A stretch of 64,000 nucleotides of DNA from Candidatus Magasanikiibacteriota bacterium (lineage in GTDB: Bacteria > Patescibacteriota > Patescibacteriia > Magasanikbacterales > GWA2-37-8). The DNA lies in assembly GCA_030650025.1 (NCBI GenBank), contig JAUSEN010000024.1:563-64562 (forward strand), in the 5' to 3' direction. Of this stretch, positions 9,421 through 18,354 are shown in pieces. Numbering within the stretch: the stretch's first letter is position 1; the number at the start of each line of letters is the position of its first letter. The notes below the pieces were generated by a model. It made no database searches, was not told the DNA's origin, and saw nothing but the letters and a program-made list of their open reading frames with translations. Position numbers and translations under genes: made by a program.

Positions 9421-10344
9421 AAACATATTCACGAGCTGGATTACAAAGGCCTTTTGTGGCTAAACGTCACTAAACAAACGGATGTGGAGTTAAAAGCCCT
9501 GCAAGAGCGGTTTGATTTTTGGGACCAAGATATCGCGGAATGCGGCCCGCAGTTTCAAAGGCCTAAAATTATAAAGCGCCCGGGTTATTATTTTATGTCG
9601 CTCCATTTTCCGGTTTTTGACAGGGAAACGAAGCGGCTCGGGTACACGGAAGTGGATTTCTTTTTGGCTCATAATTTTTTGATTACCGTTCACAACAGTA
9701 AATTGATTTCAATAGAAAAATTTTTTGAGGAACTCAAGAAAAGCGAAGCGCTGCGGGAACAGATTTTAAACGGGACGGCCGTACGCCTTTTGTTGGAGTT
9801 ATTAAGCCGTTTACTTGATGCTGTTTTCCCGATTTTGGTTCACGTGAACGAAGATATAAATTTTGTTGATAAAAAGTTATTTTTAAAACTCCCCGGGCGC
9901 GAAATGGCCGAAGAAATTTTGCGCCTTAAAACCAATATAGTAACTTTTAGGCGGACGATGCAGGCTCACAAAACAGTGCTTGAGAGGCTAGTGCTTTTTG
10001 CCGGCCATGAACTGGGCTTCGGGAATCTTCAGTCGAGCATAAATTCATTGCGCGAATTTAGTTCCGAAATTTGGCTCATGCTCGAAAGTCAAAAAGAGAG
10101 TATTAACGCTCTTCACGAAGCCAACGAATCCCTCTTGAGTTTGCGGACGAATGATGTGATGCGGATTTTGACAATTATCGCGGTACTTACTTTCCCGTTA
10201 ACGCTTTTAGCCACTGTGTTCGCGATTCGCGCGCCCGGTACGCCGCTGGTTAATTTGGCAGGTGGCTTTTGGGCAATACTCGGAATGATACTCTTAGGGG
10301 CGGGAGTGATGATTGCTGTTTTTAAGAAAAAAGGGTGGCTATAA
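9418..10344 (+). CDS. CorA-like divalent cation transporter family protein (divergent, no canonical GMN motif)
   Basis: It has the CorA-like architecture: a cytoplasmic N-domain, a long helix, two C-terminal transmembrane helices and a basic C-terminus (KKKGWL). Confidence 0.45.
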   Translation: MKHIHELDYKGLLWLNVTKQTDVELKALQERFDFWDQDIAECGPQFQRPKIIKRPGYYFMSLHFPVFDRETKRLGYTEVDFFLAHNFLITVHNSKLISIEKFFEELKKSEALREQILNGTAVRLLLELLSRLLDAVFPILVHVNEDINFVDKKLFLKLPGREMAEEILRLKTNIVTFRRTMQAHKTVLERLVLFAGHELGFGNLQSSINSLREFSSEIWLMLESQKESINALHEANESLLSLRTNDVMRILTIIAVLTFPLTLLATVFAIRAPGTPLVNLAGGFWAILGMILLGAGVMIAVFKKKGWL

Positions 10345-10349
10345 AAATT

Positions 10350-10859
10350 TTAATACAATTCCGGCTCTTGAGACGTGGCCGCGTTGTCCGTAGAACCCGG
10401 AATCGACGCAAACAGGCGCATTTTGTTAATAGGAGTTAGGATAACTCGAGAGACGTCCCCGGTTGGTTGCCTGGAAAGATGATTTGGTTTTTCTAAAAAA
10501 ATCGTAAGACGGTCGCCCGGCCGCAGAAAAAATTTATTGGTCTCCGCTAAGAGGAGAAAACCGGCAAAAACGGTTTTTTGTTCAATGTGTCCCGGAGTTT
10601 TGCCGCGGTTATCCGGCGCGTGGTAATCATCGAGCACCGCTCCGTTTTGTAAAAAAATTCTTTTATAAAAATTAATTTTTAGGCTGCTCTTTTCGTCAAC
10701 TCGAGCTAAATAATAACTGCCGCTATCGGTTTTAATTTCTAGCCTTAAATCCGGGTGGTAAGCGAGTTCTTGCGCTAACAAAATTTTTTGTATCCCAAGT
10801 TCTGGTCGTTCTCGCTGATTTGAGGGAGAGAGAGTATCAGGACTTCCTTCGTGTGTCAT
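10350..10859 (-). CDS. Hypothetical protein
   Basis: ORF only. Confidence 0.3.
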   Translation of the reverse strand: MTHEGSPDTLSPSNQRERPELGIQKILLAQELAYHPDLRLEIKTDSGSYYLARVDEKSSLKINFYKRIFLQNGAVLDDYHAPDNRGKTPGHIEQKTVFAGFLLLAETNKFFLRPGDRLTIFLEKPNHLSRQPTGDVSRVILTPINKMRLFASIPGSTDNAATSQEPELY

Positions 10860-10873
10860 AGGTTTATTAAAGA

Positions 10874-12280
10874 TTATTTTTTTCTTACTTCTGTCCCGTT
10901 TTTCGTGTCCTTGACTTCATAGCCTAATTTCTCAAGTTTTAGGCGTAAGCGGTCGCTTTCGGCCCAGTTTTTGCCAACGCGCGCGGCATTTCGGGCAGTT
11001 TTAAGCTCCTCTACTGCCTGGGGCAGGGGTTGATTTTTTTGTGAGCTAACGCTCGCAGTGTTTTCTTTTATTTTTAATCCCAGCACTTCGTCGAATTTAA
11101 GAAGAGTTTGTTTTTTGGCGGCATCCGGGTAATCGCTTTTTACCAGTTGCCACATTAAAGCCAGAGCAGAAGGGGTATTAAGGTCGTCGTTGATGCACGT
11201 TAAAAATTTTTGTTCATATTCGGCACAGCCGATTTTTGGCGCGCCCCAACCGCGCGCAGTTTCGTAGAGTCGCGTCAGCCCATTTTGGGCGGCGGCAAGG
11301 GCCTCGAAGCTAAACGTCGCTTGCTTGCGGTAGTGCGTTTGCAGTAAAAAATAACGGTAGGCGAGAGGGCTGAAGTCTTTGTTTTTTAAGGTTTGGAGCG
11401 TTATAAAATTTTCACTGGATTTAGCCATTTTTTCAGTTTCTTTAGTAAGCAAAAATTCGCCATGTAGCCAGTAATTAGCCAAGGGTTTACCGGTAGCCGC
11501 CTCGCTTTGGGCGATTTCATTGGTATGATGCACGGGAATGTGGTCGATGCCGCCGCAGTGGATATCAAACGGCTGGCCGAGATATTTTATGGCCATGGCC
11601 GAGCACTCGATGTGCCAGCCAGGGAAGCCGACTCTCCAGGGGCTTGCCCACTCCATCTGCCGATTCCCGAGCGGTGGCGAAAATTTCCACAAAGCAAAGT
11701 CAGTAATATTTTTTTTGTCGCCTATGCCCACTCGCGCTCCAGCTCGGAGCTCTTGATTTTTGAGGTTAGCGAGCTTGCCATAATCCTCGAGCTGGCTGGT
11801 ATCAAAATAAATGCCATCGACAGTTTTGTAGGTAAAACCTTTTTGGGCTAGTTTTTTTATAAGCGCGATCTGTTCTTTTATATGGTCGGTAGCGCGGGGT
11901 AATTTATTGGCCGGCAAAATATTAAGCTCCTCTAAATCGTTTAAGAAAGCCGCTTCGTAAAATTTGGCGATGTCCTGGGCGCTCTTGCCTTCGCGCGCGG
12001 CGCCTTTGGCCATCTTATCCTCGCCCTCGTCCGCGTCGCTTGTGAGATGGCCAACGTCGGTTATGTTCATGACGTGGTTAACGTTATAGCCATTATACAA
12101 AAGCGTGCGTTTTAAAATATCCTCAAAAACATATGTGCGCAGGTTGCCAATATGGGCGTAATTATAAACAGTCGGGCCGCAGGTGTACAAACCAACGCGG
12201 CCGCGTTTAATGGGTTTAAAAAGCTCTTTTTGCCGGTGAAGAGAATTAGAGAGAAAAATTTGGGGAGCAAGCTCTGGCAT
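10874..12280 (-). CDS. cysS: Cysteine--tRNA ligase
   Basis: CGPTVYNYAHIGN (HIGH-type motif), KMAKS (KMSKS motif) and zinc-binding residues are present. Confidence 0.9.
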   Translation of the reverse strand: MPELAPQIFLSNSLHRQKELFKPIKRGRVGLYTCGPTVYNYAHIGNLRTYVFEDILKRTLLYNGYNVNHVMNITDVGHLTSDADEGEDKMAKGAAREGKSAQDIAKFYEAAFLNDLEELNILPANKLPRATDHIKEQIALIKKLAQKGFTYKTVDGIYFDTSQLEDYGKLANLKNQELRAGARVGIGDKKNITDFALWKFSPPLGNRQMEWASPWRVGFPGWHIECSAMAIKYLGQPFDIHCGGIDHIPVHHTNEIAQSEAATGKPLANYWLHGEFLLTKETEKMAKSSENFITLQTLKNKDFSPLAYRYFLLQTHYRKQATFSFEALAAAQNGLTRLYETARGWGAPKIGCAEYEQKFLTCINDDLNTPSALALMWQLVKSDYPDAAKKQTLLKFDEVLGLKIKENTASVSSQKNQPLPQAVEELKTARNAARVGKNWAESDRLRLKLEKLGYEVKDTKNGTEVRKK

Positions 12281-12351
12281 GAAGTTTTTTAGTGATAAAT
12301 CAAATAACCCTCAATAAGGGGTGGCTTTGACTTAATTGTATCTTATTTTAT

Positions 12352-13569
12352 GTGAGTTATCAACAGGGGGAGGAGCATAGCTATAGGCTGGTGGCTGATT
12401 TTTTGCTATACTATAGGTATATGCTGTTTGGTAAACCCCATTCATTTTTGGGTATTGATCTTGGCGCCGGGGGCGTAAAATTAGTAGAACTAAAAACCGA
12501 GAAACACCGACCGGTTCTTTTTACTTATGCCGTCACAACCGATGGCCAGGACGTGCATCGCTTGCTCCACGAGAGCGTGAACACTCCCGAAGAAGGGAAA
12601 AAACAAAACCAGGCCAAAGTCAAAGAGTACGCGGCGGTTTTAAAGGCGGTTTGCGCCCGCGCCAACGCCAAGTCCAAGAACGCGGTCGTGAGCTTGCCGG
12701 TGTCGTCGGTATTTCATGCTTTGGTAACTTTGCCAGCGGCCAAGAAAGAAGATTTCGATCATTTTTTAAAAGCAGAAGTAAAGAAACTCCTGCCCTACCC
12801 GCTCGAGGAAGCAGTCTTGGATTATCAAATTTTGCCCGGGGAGGAAAAAGCTACCACCAAGCGGGTTTTGGTGAACGCGGTGCCGCGTGATTTGGTGGTT
12901 TTTTATACCGAGGTGTTTGCCGAGGCTGGCCTTAAGCTCGAGGCGCTCGAGCCCGAGTCCGTGGCCTTGGCTCGGTCTTTAATCGGGCGCGACCAGTCTG
13001 TTACCATGCTGGTGGATGTGGGGGCGGAGCGCACTAATTTTTTTATTATTGATGGGGGTGTTCCTATCACGCACCACAGCACTGAAGTGGGCGGCAATCG
13101 TTTAACAGCGATTTTTAAAAATATTTGGCAAGTGGACAGCGCGGCCGCGGAAATTTTGAAGATGGATTTATTTACGGAATTAACGCGCGGCAGTAACCAT
13201 GCGGCTGTGTCCCCCGACCCGTCTGCCGTCCCGCTTCGCCCGCGAAGCGAGGCGAGCGAGGCAAGCCGATTTAAAGCGCTGACCCTGCCGGTGGTGGATC
13301 CGATTTTAAAGGAAATACAGTATGGTTTTGAGGTCTATTTAAAGCAGAGCGGCAACGAGCAGAAACGCCCAGAAAAGGTAGTTTTGACTGGCGGAGCGGC
13401 TTTTTTACCATACCTCTCCGAGCAAATAGCGGCCAATTTTAAGATTAAGTGCTTTATTGGCGACCCGTGGGGGCGGGTTCTTTACCAAGATAGGCTAAAA
13501 CCGATTCTGCGCGCGGTAGGGCCAAGGCTAGCGGTGGCTATTGGCCTAGCATTGCGCAGTATGGTATAA
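12352..13569 (+). CDS. pilM: Type IV pilus assembly ATPase-like protein PilM; carries an in-frame GC-rich hairpin insert
   Basis: It has the actin-like fold signature FLGIDLGAGGVKLVEL. The GC-rich insert encodes PDPSAVPLRPRSEASEAS. Confidence 0.8.
   Translation: MSYQQGEEHSYRLVADFLLYYRYMLFGKPHSFLGIDLGAGGVKLVELKTEKHRPVLFTYAVTTDGQDVHRLLHESVNTPEEGKKQNQAKVKEYAAVLKAVCARANAKSKNAVVSLPVSSVFHALVTLPAAKKEDFDHFLKAEVKKLLPYPLEEAVLDYQILPGEEKATTKRVLVNAVPRDLVVFYTEVFAEAGLKLEALEPESVALARSLIGRDQSVTMLVDVGAERTNFFIIDGGVPITHHSTEVGGNRLTAIFKNIWQVDSAAAEILKMDLFTELTRGSNHAAVSPDPSAVPLRPRSEASEASRFKALTLPVVDPILKEIQYGFEVYLKQSGNEQKRPEKVVLTGGAAFLPYLSEQIAANFKIKCFIGDPWGRVLYQDRLKPILRAVGPRLAVAIGLALRSMV
13232..13249. repeat. In-frame GC-rich palindrome cgcttcgcccgcgaagcg inside pilM
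   Basis: The palindrome is read from the sequence. It sits in a locally GC-rich segment of the coding sequence. Confidence 0.6.
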
Positions 13570-13642
13570 TAGTATCCAGGCGTGTTATAATATAAATTAA
13601 GCATAATCAGCAATAAAAGGGGGCTAAAATTAATTCAGAAAG

Positions 13643-13700
13643 CGCCGCGCTTCAGCGGATCCCGACTTAGTCGGGACGCGGCATGAATTTGTCAATTCAT
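13643..13700 (+). promoter_or_regulatory. Conserved leader element (copy 2), with an extra small hairpin (tcccgac-tta-gtcggga) inserted in its loop. Its ATG is the start of the response-regulator ORF
   Basis: The motif gcgccgcgcttcagcgga[...]cgcggcatgaatttgtcaattcat is the same as at 9373-9420. Confidence 0.4.
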
Positions 13701-14081
13701 ATGGAAAAAAATAAAATAAATATTTTACTAGTTGAAGACGATATTTTTTTGGCCGGAATTTACCAGAAGAAGTTTGAAATGGAAGCCTATAAAATAGTGG
13801 TGGCGGATAACGGCGAGAAGGCGCTCGTAGAAGCCAAAAAGAAAAAATTTGATATAATTTTGCTTGACATTTTGCTCCCTAAATTAGATGGGTTCGCGGT
13901 CTTAGAGAAACTTAAAGCTGACCCGGAGACTAAACCGATCCCGGTAATTTTGTTGACGAATTTAGGCCAAAAAGATGACGTGGACAAGGGTTTGCAAGCC
14001 GGCGCCGTGGATTATTTGATTAAGGCGCATTTTAAACCATCGGAAGTGGTGGATAAAGTGCGGGCGGTTTTGAAAATTTAA
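13683..14081 (+). CDS. Response-regulator receiver domain protein (CheY-like, stand-alone)
   Basis: LLVEDD, DIILLDILLPKLDG and a conserved Lys region are present. Confidence 0.8.
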   Translation: MNLSIHMEKNKINILLVEDDIFLAGIYQKKFEMEAYKIVVADNGEKALVEAKKKKFDIILLDILLPKLDGFAVLEKLKADPETKPIPVILLTNLGQKDDVDKGLQAGAVDYLIKAHFKPSEVVDKVRAVLKI

Positions 14082-14126
14082 GCCGCGTCGGTCATTTTTG
14101 AAAAGTATCATTTTTATAATGAATCT

Positions 14127-14564
14127 TTGGAAGGAGGTGACACTATGAATAAAAAAGGCTTTACTTTAATTGAACTTTTGGTTGTTATCGCTATTATTGG
14201 CTTATTGTCCACTTTGGCGGTAGTAGCGCTCGGTAGCGCCCGCGTTAAAGCGCGCGATTCCAAGCGTTTAAGCGATCTTAAACAGCTCCAGACAGCATTC
14301 GAACTTTATTACACCGATCAGAACGCTTATCCAGCGGGAAGCGGCGTCACTTTGGGTTCAGGAGACTATGCTTGTCTGAACGCGACTGGCTTCGCGGCCA
14401 CTGGCTGTGCCACCCCTTATATGGGCCAAGTTCCTAAAGATCCAAAAGACTTCACTTACGTATATACTTTAGCCTCCAGCACCTATAGTGTGGCGGCGGA
14501 GCTTGAGGGTACGGTAAACGGTTTGACTGGCGTGATTTCTTTGTCTCCGGCTGGAATTAAATAA
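14127..14564 (+). CDS. Type IV pilin (prepilin with an N-terminal methylation motif)
   Basis: [19 protein letters not shown] is the class III signal peptide. Confidence 0.85.
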   Translation: MEGGDTMNKKGFTLIELLVVIAIIGLLSTLAVVALGSARVKARDSKRLSDLKQLQTAFELYYTDQNAYPAGSGVTLGSGDYACLNATGFAATGCATPYMGQVPKDPKDFTYVYTLASSTYSVAAELEGTVNGLTGVISLSPAGIK

Positions 14565-14672
14565 TTGATAAGCAATTACAAAAAAATCTCCCCCTCGATA
14601 TTTACTCCGGGAGATTTTTTGTTTACTTAAAATAGTTTTTTTGCTATAATATATGCGATTTTTAGTATTTTT

Positions 14673-15503
14673 ATGGCGTTTGACAGCCTACAACTAGCAG
14701 TATATTTGCTTATTAGTTTACTCGGACTTTGTTTTGGCAGTTTTGTGAATTCTTGGATGTGGCGAGTAAAAAATACACGCGAAAAGATTGGGAGGCGCAG
14801 TGTTTGTGTGCATTGCGGCGAGAAAATTATTTGGTACGACAATATTCCGTTATTTGGTTTTTTGCGGTTGCGTGGGCTTAGCCGGTGCTGCCGCCGACCG
14901 ATTCCGCAAGATTATTTTTGGGTGGAGCTCGCGGGAGGGTTCTTGTTTTTATTAGTCGCTCTTTATCATCTCAACTTAGTTATTTTTAATCCCGTTTTTT
15001 TTGCTCGGGATTTATTTTTTATTTGTATTCTGTTGGTAATCTTTTTATATGACGCCAAGTATCAGTTAATTTTAACTGGAGTAGTGGCGGCCGGGGGGTT
15101 GGGCGGTTTTATTTTTAATTTGTTCACCGCGCGGCCATTTACTACTTATATTTTGCTTTTTAATCATAATGCCGCGGCGATTGCCAGCAATCTGGCGCTC
15201 GGAGCCATAGTCGGGTGGGGTTGGTTTGCTTTCCAATATTATGCCTCGCGCGGTAAATGGGTGGGCGGCGGCGACGTGCGCCTCGGCGCTATGCTCGGCC
15301 TCTGGCTCGGCTGGCCGCTTATTCTGGTTTGTTTATTTTTTTCCTATATTCTTGGTGCTCTGGTGGCAGTGCCGTTGTTAATACTCAAGAAAAAGCAGTT
15401 TGGTTCGGCTCTGCCGTTTGGGACTTTTTTAGCAGTCGGGGCAGTGATCACGATTTTTTATGGCCAGCCAATTTTCAATTGGTATTTGAGGTTTTTAGGG
15501 TAA
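14673..15503 (+). CDS. pilD: Prepilin peptidase (A24 family)
   Basis: An N-terminal CxxC...CxxC zinc module, multiple transmembrane helices and the conserved GGGD-containing region are present. Confidence 0.8.
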   Translation: MAFDSLQLAVYLLISLLGLCFGSFVNSWMWRVKNTREKIGRRSVCVHCGEKIIWYDNIPLFGFLRLRGLSRCCRRPIPQDYFWVELAGGFLFLLVALYHLNLVIFNPVFFARDLFFICILLVIFLYDAKYQLILTGVVAAGGLGGFIFNLFTARPFTTYILLFNHNAAAIASNLALGAIVGWGWFAFQYYASRGKWVGGGDVRLGAMLGLWLGWPLILVCLFFSYILGALVAVPLLILKKKQFGSALPFGTFLAVGAVITIFYGQPIFNWYLRFLG

Positions 15504-15507
15504 TAAT

Positions 15508-16227
15508 ATGACCGAAGATTTTAAGAGCACCAGGGGGCAACGTTTAAATGAGTTTCGGTTTGCGCCGACTGACTATTCTTTGCAAAAAATGCAGGAATTA
15601 AAAAGAGCGCTACCTGATCTACGTTCTGAAATTCCCGAAGTACGCGGCTTTGCTTTTTACGGTTCTCGTGTGCATGGCAGAGAACGTCCCGAAAATGGCG
15701 CAGATCGTTCGGATGTGGACGTATGTGTTTTTTATGACAGTTCAGATATAGCAGACTCAAGAAAAAAAGTGGCTGTAGTGGAAAGGATTGTAGAACTTGA
15801 AGGTCGCATTAGGCGAGCCGTGCATAAACGGTTGGAGGCAATTGATTTACCAGCTCACGGGTATGAACCGCAGGTCGCATTATTTGATATAAATCGTGAG
15901 CAAATAAATTTTTTTATACAACAATTCATACAAGAAGTTAAAAAAAACATAGAAACAAACGGAGACAATTTGCCTTTTCAAATTTGGGCAAAACGTTTAT
16001 TTCCAATTTTTCTTTTGAGTACTAGCCGCGCAGTATATGAGGCACGCGATAGTTTCTTTACTGCTCTAGAAAAAGAACCGCAAGGTGATGTTTATTGGGA
16101 TTTGTTTATTGGATTATTTGAAAAATTTGAACGTCATAAAGTGGTTGATAAAGATGGTAAAACAGTAATTTTTAAACATTGGCCACGGACAACCAAAGAG
16201 GCGCGTGAATATTTTTTTGTTAAGTAA
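15508..16227 (+). CDS. Pol-beta superfamily nucleotidyltransferase-fold protein of unknown function
   Basis: It has the minimal nucleotidyltransferase signature GS-x14-DVDV (FYGSRVHGRERPENGADRSDVDVCVFYD). Confidence 0.4.
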   Translation: MTEDFKSTRGQRLNEFRFAPTDYSLQKMQELKRALPDLRSEIPEVRGFAFYGSRVHGRERPENGADRSDVDVCVFYDSSDIADSRKKVAVVERIVELEGRIRRAVHKRLEAIDLPAHGYEPQVALFDINREQINFFIQQFIQEVKKNIETNGDNLPFQIWAKRLFPIFLLSTSRAVYEARDSFFTALEKEPQGDVYWDLFIGLFEKFERHKVVDKDGKTVIFKHWPRTTKEAREYFFVK

Positions 16228-16230
16228 GTT

Positions 16231-18324
16231 ATGGCTGTTTCTAAAGAAGTACAATTAAGAGTGGAAAAATTACGGGCGCAAATTGATGATTTGCGTTATC
16301 GTTACCATGTTTTAAACGAGCCTGGTATTACGGACGCGATGTATGACCCGCTCATGAAAGAGCTCCGTAAATTAGAGGAAGAATATCCAGGCTTGATTAC
16401 TCCTGATTCCCCCACCCAGCGCGTGGCCGGCGCGCCCGCCGAAAAATTTGAAAAAATAAAACACGCGGTAACGCAGTGGAGTTTTAACGATGCTTTTAGC
16501 GAGGAAGATATAAAAGATTGGGAAGAGAGAATTCTCAAAATATTGGAGAAGTCACTAGGCCAGAGGCCGAGTGACTTAGATTATGTCTGTGAATTAAAAA
16601 TAGACGGCCTGCATATTATTTTGACTTATGAAAATGGTTTTTTGAAAACCGCGGCCACGCGCGGCAACGGGTTGGTGGGGGAGAATGTGACGCAAAATAT
16701 CAAGACGATTGAGAGCGTGCCGCTAAAAATAAAATTATCGGACGTAAGGAACGCATATATGCGTTCCTTACAAAGTGAGGTTTTAATTGTCGAGGGCGAG
16801 GCGTGGCTGGGAAGTTCAATGCTCCAAAAAATAAATAGTGAGCGAAAAAAAATCGGTGAAGCGCTGTTCGCGAACCCGCGTAACGCCGCGGCCGGGACAC
16901 TGCGGCAGTTAAATGCCAAAATTGTGGCCGAGCGAAAATTATGTTTGACGGCTTATGATATTTCGAGCGCTCACGCGCCAGAGACTCAGGAAGCAGAATT
17001 AAAAATGCTCCGCGAATTAGGTTTCAAGACGGATATACATTGGAAGGTTTGTAATAATTTGGAAGATATTTTTAAGTTTCATCAGTTTTGGCAAAAAAAT
17101 AAGTCGAGCCAAGAGTTTTGGATTGATGGCGTGGTGATAAAAGTTAATCAAAAAAGATATCAAGACGCGCTTGGCTTTACTGGCAAAGCGCCGCGTTGGG
17201 CGATTGCTTACAAATTTCCGGCCGAGCAGGGGACTACTAAAATTAAAGAGGTCTATTGGCAAATCGGCCGAACCGGCGCCTTGACACCAGTCGCGCTGAT
17301 GGAGCCAGTTAAGCTGGCAGGCACCACTGTTACACACGCAACGTTACATAATTTTGATGAAATAGAAAGGCTTGGGGTAAAGATAGGAGATAGTGTGGTG
17401 GTGGAAAAGGCGGGGGATATTATCCCCAAAGTCGTGCGGGTACTTGAGAAGATGCGCGCGGGCCAGGAAAAAATTATTCACGCTCCGGTTAAGTGCCCGC
17501 TCTGTGGCGGAGAGGTGGGCCGTAGGGGCGCGGTTTCCGCGCCCCGGGGCGGGGAGACCCCGCCCCTACGCCAGGAGGTTTCGGTCGCTCTGTATTGTCT
17601 AAATAAAAATTGTTTTGCCCAGGAACTGGGACGTATTATTCACTTTGTCTCCAAAAAAAGTTTTGATATTGATCATCTCGGTGAAAAAATTATTGAGCAG
17701 CTGGTGAACGAGGGGATTATTAAAGACGCGGCTGATTTGTTTACGCTGACAGCCGGAGACTTGGCGCCGCTTGACCGATTTGGCGCCAAATCCGCGGAAA
17801 ATTTAGTGGCGGCTGTGGCGCAAGCCAAAACAATTACTCTCGCTCGTTTTATAAATGCTCTTGGCATAACGCATGTTGGCCAAGAAACGGCCGAAGATTT
17901 AGCGCAAAATTTTCAAACTTTAGATAAATTAATGAATGCGCGGCGTGAAGATTATACGGCAATTTATGGCGTAGGGGAGAAGGTGACAGGCTCGCTCGCG
18001 GCGTATTTTACGGACAAAAATAATCAAAAATATATTAAAAAATTATTGGGTAACGGCGTAGTAATTGCCAAGGTTGAAATTAAGAAAACTGGCGGTAAGT
18101 TGGCGGATCAAACTTTTGTACTAACAGGAACTTTAGAGAGTATGAGCCGCGATGAAGCTAAAGCTAAAATCAAAGCCCTAGGGGGTGAGGTAAGCGAAAG
18201 CGTGAGCGCCAAGACTACGGCGGTCATCATAGGGGATAATCCGGGGAGTAAGTTGCAAAAAGCCGAGAAGCTAGAAGTAAAAGTATTAAATGAAAATGAA
18301 TTTCAGAAATTACTGGGAGTGTGA
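16231..18324 (+). CDS. ligA: NAD-dependent DNA ligase; carries two in-frame palindromic inserts
   Basis: The adenylation region, OB fold, zinc finger (CPLCGGEV...LYCLNKNC), HhH and BRCT regions are recognisable. The inserts encode NAYMRSL and RRGAVSAPRGGETPPL. Confidence 0.9.
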   Translation: MAVSKEVQLRVEKLRAQIDDLRYRYHVLNEPGITDAMYDPLMKELRKLEEEYPGLITPDSPTQRVAGAPAEKFEKIKHAVTQWSFNDAFSEEDIKDWEERILKILEKSLGQRPSDLDYVCELKIDGLHIILTYENGFLKTAATRGNGLVGENVTQNIKTIESVPLKIKLSDVRNAYMRSLQSEVLIVEGEAWLGSSMLQKINSERKKIGEALFANPRNAAAGTLRQLNAKIVAERKLCLTAYDISSAHAPETQEAELKMLRELGFKTDIHWKVCNNLEDIFKFHQFWQKNKSSQEFWIDGVVIKVNQKRYQDALGFTGKAPRWAIAYKFPAEQGTTKIKEVYWQIGRTGALTPVALMEPVKLAGTTVTHATLHNFDEIERLGVKIGDSVVVEKAGDIIPKVVRVLEKMRAGQEKIIHAPVKCPLCGGEVGRRGAVSAPRGGETPPLRQEVSVALYCLNKNCFAQELGRIIHFVSKKSFDIDHLGEKIIEQLVNEGIIKDAADLFTLTAGDLAPLDRFGAKSAENLVAAVAQAKTITLARFINALGITHVGQETAEDLAQNFQTLDKLMNARREDYTAIYGVGEKVTGSLAAYFTDKNNQKYIKKLLGNGVVIAKVEIKKTGGKLADQTFVLTGTLESMSRDEAKAKIKALGGEVSESVSAKTTAVIIGDNPGSKLQKAEKLEVKVLNENEFQKLLGV
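16744..16771. repeat. In-frame palindrome gtaaggaacgcatatatgcgttccttac (variant of the gtagggaacgcatatatgcgttccctac family) inside ligA
   Basis: A 28-bp perfect palindrome that translates to RNAYMRSL. Confidence 0.8.
17522..17569. repeat. In-frame composite palindromic element gtagggg[cgcggtttccgcg]cccc-gggg[cgggg-aga-ccccg]cccctac inside the ligA zinc-finger loop
   Basis: Two adjacent GC-rich hairpins sit between gtagg and cctac ends. The element lies between the cysteine pairs of the zinc finger. Confidence 0.8.
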
Positions 18325-18354
18325 TATAATCACTGCGACAAATGGCAAATTTTT

